Assembly: GCA_048013815.1 (NCBI GenBank) | Contig: CM106585.1 | Span: 23,684,001-23,748,000 of the forward strand | From: Setoptus koraiensis | Taxonomy: Eukaryota; Animalia; Arthropoda | Reading direction: 5' to 3' | Length of the DNA stretch: 64,000 nucleotides | Shown here: in pieces, positions 11,377 through 21,100 of the stretch | Numbering within the stretch: the stretch's first letter is position 1 | Layout: each line of letters begins with the position of its first letter | Position numbers and translations under genes: made by a program | Notes under the pieces: generated by a model | What the model was told of the DNA's origin: nothing | The model's database searches: none | The model's input: the letters and a program-made list of their open reading frames with translations, nothing else

Positions 11377-11983
11377 ATGCATCAGCGACAAAATCTACAA
11401 ATCAGTTCAATAGATAAAATATTATTGCTCACGTGCAGTGTTGTTCTTATATTAGCTTGTGTCAGCAATTATGTCAGCTGCATGCCATATAACAACAATG
11501 ACAAAAGCATAGGCTTGAACCCTACAAATCAAGATGAAGATTCTGCAGAGTCCGTGGCACCCCAGCAGCCATTAAATCCTGGCAATTTAGCTAGAGATGA
11601 CGATGATGACGACGACGACAATGACGCAAGCCACAAGAACCCAAATAAAGATCAAATGTTGACCCAAGACTCTATGGCTGCACTAGCCTCAACCAACGAG
11701 GATCCAATGACCGTTTCAGCCAGTAAGTATGACCAGTAACTTGTTTATTTTGCCTGGCAAAGTGATCTCGGTGGGCTGCTGATGCAATCCGTGATAAATC
11801 CTATATGCTGTATAATGATAATTTTGTGTTTATTGACTGCAATTGAACATCATCTTGGTATTAGGTCATCATCACCATCATAAGTACGTCAAGGGTATGA
11901 TGGATATGGGCGCATGGACTAAGAAGAAGGGGGCTTTCGGTTGGTACGCCGATTTTCCTGTTGGAGGCAAAGGAAAGAAATGA
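11377..11983 (+). CDS. Secreted protein (154 aa) with acidic mid-region and His/Lys/Gly-rich C-terminus; exons 11377-11722 and 11865-11983
   Basis: Signal peptide ILLLTCSVVLILACVSNYVSC and a poly-Asp tract. Intron 11723-11864 (GTAAGT...TATTAG, phase 1) adds SHHHHHKYVKGMMDMGAWTKKKGAFGWYADFPVGGKGKK*, which the ORF track misses. Confidence 0.82.
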
Positions 11984-12580
11984 TGACAAGAGTGAAAATT
12001 GTCTAAATTCAGAATTGTTGTTGAATACATCAAGAAACGTTTGTTGATTAAAATAAAATAAAAATCCATTTTTGAGTAACCGATCTGCCACAGAACAGTA
12101 TATTGTAGAACAATGTAGAATTAATACTTCATACATTATGCTAGTACATTATGGATGCATAGACTCAATGCCATAGAGTGAGTACGATGGCGAATCTTTA
12201 GTTGTGTGACACGAGTTGCATCTCAACCTTTGAAACTCAACGGGCTCAATCATGACTGTTACATTTACAGATATTGAAAAAAGGTCTCAAGTTTCACAGA
12301 CTAGCCCGCTCAATAAGGCCGCCTAAGCGCCATTTTGAATAGGTCATGGCAATTGTTGCACTGTGGACATTGTGTGTTGCGTGCACTTGCGCACGCACGC
12401 GATAGTTATTTATTGTGACACGCATCTTGGTGCCAACGGGCGGCACCGGATCGAACAAAGTGGTGGCTCGCTGGTGAACTTTTGGTGTGTTGCCCACACA
12501 GACAGACACAACATGGAGATTTGTGCACACTGGCACACAAAAAGTTCTCTCTTGTTGGCGCTCAATAGGTTCTATGATCT

Positions 12581-12617
12581 CTCTAAAGTTTAGAGTCTAA
12601 ACTTTAGACTCTAAAGT
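12581..12617. repeat. Nested palindromic 14-bp-period repeat
   Basis: TCTAAAGTTTAGA-G-TCTAAACTTTAGA-C-TCTAAAGT. The first two 13-mers are exact reverse complements of each other, and each is itself an interrupted palindrome. Confidence 0.8.
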
Positions 12618-12925
12618 GCGAGAACTGGTGCCTTCCACAGTGCATCCTCCATTGTAGAATAGGCAGCACAGTAGACCTAAGAATTCAGTTCATCAAAACG
12701 TTCCATCATTAGTTGAACTATTCGCTCATTCGAAACCACCAACACGCCTGAGTATTCATCTACAATCATTTGTTAATTAATTAATTAGTTAAATAGTTAA
12801 TGCTCACAAATAGTTGTCATCACTAATTAAACACCAATATATATAGGCAGCAGCAGTAGCAAATTATAATCAATACTCATAAATATCAACAGTAGTCACG
12901 CACAAGATAGCCAAAGTCAAGCACA

Positions 12926-13747
12926 ATGATGGAAACAATGACGCAAAAATCAATTAAGAAAAATAATTTACAGGCGAGCGATATCGCCGAAATCACCGAC
13001 ATCAAGCGAAGATTTGAAATGGAATTAGATCGAGGTGAGGTCATCAGAAAGGATCTCACGGAAAAATTGTTCAAATTGATAAGAGAAAATCGTGATGCCA
13101 CAAATAGAATCGGAACAAAGAAAGAATATCTAGCCAAGCTCAAATTGAGATACATCGAAATGGAGCAGAAAATCAATTCATTTGACGAATCTGTTTGTAA
13201 AGTAAAGGATATGGTTGGCAATTCCAAACTAAAAGTCGCTGAAGACATCGAAATGGGAGTCTTCCAGCAGGAATCTATGGATTTGGTTAATACATATTTT
13301 GAGGCCATGCAGTTCTATTCAGAGGACCGACTTATGCTAGAATGGAGCAAGAAAAAAGAAGGTCTCAGAGCTAGACGTGTAGCGGTGACTGAAGTCGATG
13401 CTGCTATTGATGAGAAAAAACAAGATATTCAACGCAAAAAGGCTGAAATTGAAAAAGAAATCGAAAGAAAGAAGCAAGAGGAAGCAGCTAAACAGGCCAG
13501 AATCAACGAAGAAAATGCCAAGCGTCACATGGCGAAACAGTTTAATTTCGCGCTAAATGATTCATCGACCATTGGATCAGGGAGGCCGTTTGCTAGACCT
13601 GTTACGCCACGCTGTGAGAATTATAAAAACTTTCTCACTGCTTCTTATCCCAAGGTTCCGCAACAAATCACAGAGCCAGTCAAAAAAGATTTAGAGGAAG
13701 GCTCATCACTATCACAATCTCTCTGGGCATACAAGAATCTTATGTAA
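12926..13747 (+). CDS. Uncharacterised coiled-coil protein (273 aa, intronless)
   Basis: ATG-initiated 822-nt ORF rich in E/K/R with heptad-like helices. TATA-like TATATA near 12836-12845 and AATAAA near 13839. No family recognised. Confidence 0.78.
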   Translation: MMETMTQKSIKKNNLQASDIAEITDIKRRFEMELDRGEVIRKDLTEKLFKLIRENRDATNRIGTKKEYLAKLKLRYIEMEQKINSFDESVCKVKDMVGNSKLKVAEDIEMGVFQQESMDLVNTYFEAMQFYSEDRLMLEWSKKKEGLRARRVAVTEVDAAIDEKKQDIQRKKAEIEKEIERKKQEEAAKQARINEENAKRHMAKQFNFALNDSSTIGSGRPFARPVTPRCENYKNFLTASYPKVPQQITEPVKKDLEEGSSLSQSLWAYKNLM

Positions 13748-13924
13748 GATACCAAACCGATCAAAGTGATTTTATACTTTAAAACTTGAAGAAAAAGAGA
13801 TCACTGATTCAATTTCCAGCGCTTCATAACCTATGATTAATAAACATACACTCTATTTATTCAAAATAATACATTTATTATTTTTTGATCAATTATATCA
13901 ATAAAATACTTGAAGGCCTAATAA

Positions 13925-14767
13925 CTATCTCTTGCCTGTCTTCTTTTTCTTCTTTTGAGCAGTTGGGCGCATCTGCCTCGGACCTTGACTGGAACCAGCG
14001 ACTGGAGCAGCTACTTTAGTCTGTTTAGGTATAATTGCTTCAGCTTCACTTACAGCACCCTGAGTTCCTTTTATCATCGCTTGCTGAGAACGTTGTTTAT
14101 CTTTCCCCTTGGCTTTATAGTTGGACCTTTGCCACTTAGGTAACCATCTTTCGGGGTCAGGACCAGCGACAGGATCGAAATTTTTTGGTAGACGCTTCTT
14201 GCGTTTTTTGTGACGTTTTCGCTTGTTCTTAACAGGCTCGACATTCTCATCCATGCAAACCAAATCGTTTGCTTTGTTAGCACTTTTACTAGATTTACCA
14301 GCTGCTGCTGCTGCCGCCGCACGCCTTCCGGCAGCACCACGTTTACCAGTTACCTTTTTAACAAATTTTGTGCCAACAAACCAATCTTCATCTTTAATAG
14401 ATAAGATGTCTATAGATTCTATTATTTCCTCGACAGATGGGAGCTGTTTAAAAAACATATCTTTAGTCCTTAGTGTGTTCGGTGCTTCTAACTGTGCGCT
14501 GATAACTATTGCAGCTATATTCTCTTGGCGTTCATTAGTGTGTTGAGAATCTTGACCACTTTCCATAATTTGCAAATATGTATCATAAGCTTCCTGGAAT
14601 TTCTTCTGTTTAAATTGTACTTGCGCTAAGAGATCCAGCACTTTATAATCTTGAATAGAGATCTTGCTTAATATTTCCAAGCATTGCTCGAAATGGTTTA
14701 GTCTATATTCATGGTAAGCACGTTCGTAGTCGCTGGGGCTTCTTTGGATGGCAGAAGCTTTAGCCAT
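13925..14767 (-). CDS. SRP72: Signal recognition particle subunit SRP72-like, strongly shortened (280 aa)
   Basis: TPR segment YERAYHEYRLN...VLDLLAQVQFKQKKFQEAYDTY. SRP RNA-binding motif KKRLPKNFDPVAGPDPERWLP, then KGTQGA and a Lys-rich tail. A splice acceptor (TTCACAG, 14798-14799) lies 30 nt upstream of the ATG, so the 5' end is uncertain. Confidence 0.9.
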   Translation of the reverse strand: MAKASAIQRSPSDYERAYHEYRLNHFEQCLEILSKISIQDYKVLDLLAQVQFKQKKFQEAYDTYLQIMESGQDSQHTNERQENIAAIVISAQLEAPNTLRTKDMFFKQLPSVEEIIESIDILSIKDEDWFVGTKFVKKVTGKRGAAGRRAAAAAAAGKSSKSANKANDLVCMDENVEPVKNKRKRHKKRKKRLPKNFDPVAGPDPERWLPKWQRSNYKAKGKDKQRSQQAMIKGTQGAVSEAEAIIPKQTKVAAPVAGSSQGPRQMRPTAQKKKKKTGKR

Positions 14768-15281
14768 GGCCAGTGTGTCGGTGAAAAACGTAATAACCTG
14801 TGAATGTGCGAGTATAAATGAATGATTGCCCCACTATTGTAATAATTGTTATAATATTTATCCCATGTTCCAATTGGATATAATTTATTAGTGTTCTTTA
14901 AATGGATGTTGACATGGATGTGGATCGAGCATCATCTGTTTGGAAATAAAATAGACGCATGCGCAATTGTGTAAGATACTGTTGCAGCGGCGGTATTCAA
15001 ATCATCATTCATTCGGAATAAATTATCCCCGTTGTCTCGCAGCATGTTTTTATTGTTGATGAGTGAATATTTTCATGCGAAAAATTTCAATTTTATTTTA
15101 ACGTATTAGTATCCCAATGATAATTTGCTGTTTTAAGCCGCATGACAAATTGAGGTACATCACAGTTTAACCAATTCATAGAATCAATCATTCGGAACAA
15201 TCAGCCAGCATCACTAGTATAAATGTCAAAAACGGTTCAAGATAACTAATATTCTAATACCAATTAAAAACAACACATTCA

Positions 15282-15656
15282 ATGAAGATGGTAGATTTCA
15301 ATGTTGATAGTCTGATGAAAAAATTCAATCAATTGCCAAAGCCCGCACAGCAAATACTTATCGGAGGTTCAGCTGGTTGGCTAACGGGATTCTCATTGGC
15401 AAAATTTGGTAGAGGTGCCGGATTCAGTATAGGCGCCACAATTTTTATACTCCAGTTGGGCCAACAGTACGGCTATATAAACATCAATTGGAAGAGAGTC
15501 AATAGTGATCTCAAGAAGGCTAAACAAGAGGTAAAGAAACAAGCCGATGTTCATATGCCCGAAATTGCGGACAAGGTTGAGGGCGTTTTAATGCAAAATG
15601 TTGTATTGGCGTCCTCATTTGCTGGAGGTTTTTTCCTCGGGGCCTCATCAGCCTGA
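15282..15656 (+). CDS. FUNDC1: FUN14 domain-containing mitochondrial outer-membrane protein (124 aa, intronless)
   Basis: QQILIGGSAGWLTGF, LQLGQQYGYININWKRV and QNVVLASSFAGGFFLG match the FUN14 family. An in-frame TAA at 15255 with no intervening AG fixes the start. Confidence 0.9.
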   Translation: MKMVDFNVDSLMKKFNQLPKPAQQILIGGSAGWLTGFSLAKFGRGAGFSIGATIFILQLGQQYGYININWKRVNSDLKKAKQEVKKQADVHMPEIADKVEGVLMQNVVLASSFAGGFFLGASSA

Positions 15657-15796
15657 AATTATTCATAACTTTCATATGTCGCTGTATATAAAAGTCTAGC
15701 TGTTCATTGATGATTTGTATAGTAATTGTACCAGTCTAATAATGATATACTAACAAGATAAACAAAACAAAACAGATGATTATCGATCTATAGACG

Positions 15797-16963
15797 TCAA
15801 TCATTAGACGGCTCTCCCCTTACAGCGGCCACCACTGCAAAAACGAGAAACAGTATTCCCGAGATGAATGTAACTATATATTTGTGTTATACAAAAGAAA
15901 TAGTTCAGTAATATTAGTAAATTTCATAAGCATATTACACACTAGTTGACTCCACATGCAAGTTTGATTACATACCTAGGCGGACTGATATTTTTTCTCC
16001 TACATAATGTCCTCCTAACACCGCTATAAAAGTGGATATAAATTGAGCGACAAAGGCGCCCAGTGCTACTCCAAAGATATTCCCTCTAGCAGCCAGAACT
16101 ACAACAGTGACTTGTGATCTGTCGGCTAGTTCGGCCACTAATATAATTATGAACGCTCTAAAAAAGAAAGAGTTCCAAAATTGCTTCAAATGGCTTACAA
16201 TTCCTGTTTGTGGTTCGTTCTCTGAATGAAGCGAGGGAGATTCACTCGGCGGCCGATTGATCTCGGCCTATAGGGGAAACGAATATTGAAGGGTTATTAC
16301 ATCCCTGCTGCTGGTGATAGTCTGCTTCATTTTAATATTCTACTTACCAGAATAGCTCTATTAGTCTCAGTTAGTTTGTTTTCCTGATTTGCATTCGGTT
16401 GTGAATTATTTGACGCTGTTTGCCCGGCGAAGTATTCTGCAGTATTGGGAGGCATACGGTAAGCTGTTGATACGAATAGGAAAAGAAATCAACATATTGA
16501 TTATTGTCTGTTGTCTCATAAAAAAACTTATAGTATTGAAAGGAGAAAATAAACGTGCAGCATTACCATCATATAGCGTTTTGAGACCAAACCCTGTAAA
16601 TAAAATAATTGATAAATAATATATGTACACCTTCGGGACATGGCTTACCAATACGCCAAATCCGCATGCTACTGCGGAATTTAATATTAAAGCTAATAGA
16701 GCAGCTAGGAAAGTAATCACACGAGGTTGATTTATCGATAATATGGCGGTCAGAAAGAATGTTCTATCTCCAAATTCTGACAGGAAGATTAAGGATAAGG
16801 CGGATATGTAGCCTTCAAAGAAACTTCCTTCATAGCCTCCAGACTCTTTCACTGTTGTTGATGTCACATTGATTAGATTGTCAGTAGACGCCGTTGATAC
16901 TGTTGTCGACACAGTCGACTCTGTTGATAATGTTGGCAATGTTGACAATGTCGTGGTGGACAT
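15797..16963 (-). CDS. TMEM165: GDT1/UPF0016-family Golgi cation/H+ exchanger; exons 16963-16567, 16463-16348, 16267-15976, 15873-15797 (293 aa)
   Basis: Motifs EFGDRT and ELADRSQ. Three GT-AG introns of 103, 80 and 102 nt give a continuous frame LYD-AYRMPP...RAIL-AEINR...ISVRL-VTFISGILFLVFA. The frame stays open upstream to an acceptor at 17053-17054, so an N-terminal exon may exist. Confidence 0.9.
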
Positions 16964-18192
16964 GATATTACCAATGTGAGCTCTATGTACTATTGTTTTC
17001 AAGGCTCGGAGATAGGCCGATCGAAGAAAATTTCTAAGCTCTTCCTCGCTTTCTTAAACAAATACAATGATAATTGTGAACGAAATGAATGACCTTTCTG
17101 TAGGCATAATGATGAACGCTAGATATTGTCCAATAGCTGATTGAAAAGACGAATCACACAGTAATTTGTTCATCTCAATACTTGCCTCGTGAAATTGATT
17201 CAATTCAAGCCTGAAGCCAGTGTAGTGAGAAGTGATGCATTTGGACTAATTTGCAGGAGAATTTTTCTCGAGCTATCTTCACTCCAAGATATAGTGTTTA
17301 TGTATGAATTCATCTTCTACGAAATACAGATAATCAATCAATTTCCACAGAGGGCAAAGCCCAGTGAAAAAGAGCATTCTATTCAGGGAATTTTAATGAG
17401 TTTAGCTACATCCGCGCGCTAGTCGTATCCGATACTATCGCTACAATTAGGTATGCTATCGCGCGACTAAATAGCATAGGTTTATTTTGGTATCACCGGC
17501 GCAAAAAAGTTATTTCCCAATCGGTCCTGTGTATAGTGATTAAGGATTGTAGCTCAACGAATGAGCATTTATTTATTAACAATCCTATTGATAACATAAG
17601 CTAAGTAATTAACAACAATATATGGCAAGACAGTAAGACCTCACACCATCTGTTAGTTCAGTATATACAATACAATACAATTAACGCTTATTATAATAAC
17701 AATTATGATAATTATGATGACAATAATAATGAGCAAATAGACAATTGCGTGGACCGCGTGACTTGTTACACTAGTGATACATGATGATTACACAATAGTT
17801 AAACAGTGGTCATGGCATTGCATTATCAAGACAGCACAACTATCTAATATTCAGGAGCCTAGCAAATTGGCTCAAGTCAACAGTAAGAAAACTGTTGCGT
17901 CTAACTACTCAAGCTACTCATCTTGATATCTTGTAGCTATACAATAAATGCTTTATTATTTAAGCTAAGTGATGTTGTGTGATATTGTGTTTTCTTAACT
18001 CAATTGGTTGCAAACTTAATCTTCGCCTAGCATTACATAAGATTTTTTGTATATGTAAAAAATAAATAAAGATTAGTTTGTATGTTAGATAATCACATCC
18101 GGTTTTTCAATAAATAAAAGTGATGATGACTTTGTTTAGTTTTAAAACCGAGTCTATCCGATGGACCTTTAAATAATCTTATTCTAGCCTGG

Positions 18193-21100
18193 CTAACCGT
18201 TTGAATGTGCCGCTGCATTGATGGCTTGTTGTTTTGCTTTGAAACCCGTGGATCCGACCTGTTGACAGTGTTTTATGAGATGATAATTGTTATGTAATTA
18301 AATGATAATGAGCGCGCTGCGCTAGGCATGATCATTCAAGATTTAAAACTGTAACAAACCAAAACTTACCCATGGAAACTGTTGATTTAACGGGCATGGC
18401 TGGCAAGTCTTCATGAATCGTGTCCCTATGAAAGATGAAAGCGATAACGACATTTTGTTTTTTGTGTTTAGATTGTGTTAAGATTTATTGGGGTAAATCT
18501 GTACGAACGAGAGTGATTTTACACATCGCAAGTTCACTTACCATGTTCCGATTTCACATTGCACACGGTAGGGTGGTAGCAAGGCGGCGGTCTGTCGCTA
18601 TTCTTGGGACATTGCCATGGCTCGAATTGATTGATCTCATTCAATGGTGTTGGCTGACGCATCCATTGTAACATTTGCCAGTTTGTGACAAAGAATACCT
18701 CTGGTAAGTTAGTAACTGTGTCCATAAATTTCAAGAAGCCTCGCCTGTGATGAACAGTATTGAACCAAGCCGAGTGATAAAACAAACCAAATGGTGCTCT
18801 ATTGGACTTGTAATGTCTATTGAAGTTCTTCATGAGCATCTCATAGACACCGTCCTCATCCGTTGGATTTGAGCATGCATCGCCCATGGAGCAGCGTCCA
18901 CCGCGCAAATCCACCCACATGGTCATACCTGTGACAAACAAGCGAAAAGTATTATGCAACAACAGATTAAATCAGAGCTTATTAGCCATACACTGTTCGC
19001 TAAGTTGAGGTTGAGCAATTAACGGCTTAATTAATTAAGAGTTTATAGAGCCATTATAACTTACCCACTTCCCAAACGCCGGGGAAAGACTTTGTGGGGC
19101 AGGGAGTTATCATGCACTCGTGCGTCAATTGATAATCCAATGTGTAGGGCCATAGAGGGGGTGAGTTCTCAAATATGGGCATGGAGGAATCATAAGTGAA
19201 GTTGGCATCGTATAACATTTCAAACATTTTATTGCCACCAATCTGTAAGAAGGGTGCTCTCATTCCGCGCACATCGTCCAGTCTAACACCGCCGTATAAG
19301 TTGAGAATTTCGCGTTGACCATTGACCTCTTTAAACCATTGGCTCTTGGAGAATTTCTCACCAAAGCTGTGACTGTTTATTTGTGTTAGCGAGATAGTTA
19401 GTGACAGCATAATAGTATAATGATACTAGATTAGACTGAGACTAGATGACTATTGACAGCTAAATGAGATAAACTATATGAGAGACACTACTTACGTAAT
19501 GCTGTGCGAGGCCATCTCGTGACCGCGACTGTACAGCGTCTGAACCTGACCATAATCAGTCCACTCGTGGCTCACATAAAATGTCGCCAATATAGGACAA
19601 CCGTTTGGATTCTTTCTAGCTGTGAACAATTCTTCATAAATCTCCCAATTGAGATCATTGACGGCATCATCAAATGTCAACAAAACCACCTGAGGAATAG
19701 TCTTGGCGTCCATATTGTTTGGTGTTAGTGTGTCGCCACATTTACAATCTGGCAAACGGCACATTTTTGTGTCACATTTTGATGCTGTTTGCAACGGCTG
19801 AGGCGTATTAAACATGGCATCGGGTCGTTTGGCGGGCTTTGTAGAGGCCTGATTATTGGCAAGAGCCTGTTCATGATTAACAACAATCTTTTTATTGGTT
19901 GGCCGTCCACCTCGGGCCCTGTTGCCGCTTGTGCCACCACTTCCGCCCTGAGCTGCCGCTGGTGGACCACGAGATGGCGTTGCCGTTGTGCCCGTTGTCG
20001 TAATGGTTGCCGGTGTTGTAGAGCTATGCGGGGGCGTTGCGGTCACCGATTGATCGCGACTGTCTTGACGTGCTCGATCCCTTGACCTTTGACTGGCCGA
20101 TCTAGACGGCGTTGCTGCACCATTTGACGCTGTCAGTTGTTGTTGTTGCTGCTGTTGTCTAGGTGGCGACACTGTTTGAGACGGTTGTTGCACCGCCGTT
20201 GCTATTTGTGGTGATTGTGGCTGATTTGACACAATATTGGCTGAATGCGACGACAAATGCGGAACAGAGACAGTGGTTGATATTGGCTGACGTTCTCTTA
20301 TTACTATGTTAGGCGTCTGACGACGACTTGTCGAGTTCTCGTTCAATATGTCAAAATCATAATCAACTGTACCAAAGGGTTGGCCGGCCTCGAGCGCGTC
20401 AATGGCAGAATTGAGATATCTGTTGGCCACCAGTTGCGGATCCTCAGTTGTAGTACCGCCGCCAGCGCCACCTATAGATGTGCTAGGCTGAGTAGTGGTT
20501 GTTGTACTGCTAGTTGTGATGCTAGTTGCTGTAGTTGACTGACTAGATGATGGCGGCAAGACAGATGAAGATGATTGTCTTATAACACTGTCTCGGGGTG
20601 GCTCATTAAAGTTTGCAACTGTTGACGCTACGAGGGGACGCTGAGAGCGCATTTGTGAGGCCGTCTGTTGTTGCTGTTGCCTGTTGTTGTTGTTGTTGAT
20701 AGCCATATTGGGATGGTTGTTGTTTAGCACGGGACCTTGCGATGAAGATAGGAATGATGTTGGCGTTGTTGATACTTGCTGCTGCTGCGCTGACACTGAC
20801 TGTTGTGGCTGTTGTTGTTGTTGACCGTTAGGAATTTGTTGACGTTTTGGAGGCCTAGGTCGTCGAGACTGCTGCAACAAGGTGGCGCCAGCGCTGGTGC
20901 TTTGTTGCGTGGGCGCGGGCGAATCCCTCGTGACAGATGGAAATGGTAATGAATTGTCGTTGTTGTTGTTGTTGTTGTTCTTGTTGTTGGTGTTGGCATT
21001 AGATTGTTGTTGGTGTTGCGTGACATGCTGATCATTAGATTGTATGTTGACAGGCTCAATAAACAAACTGCGTCCGCTAGTTCCAATCAGCAGATTATTA

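Noticed and set aside
14900-15060. Possible upstream coding exon for SRP72 (MLRDNGDNLFRMNDDLNTAAAT, then GTATCT)
   Set aside because: Weak donor and no resemblance to the SRP72 N-terminal TPRs. A 5' UTR exon is more likely.
16348-16463. Possible 6-nt and 10-nt micro-exons in TMEM165
   Set aside because: A single 116-nt exon (16463-16348) gives a continuous, family-like frame. The micro-exon models break phase.
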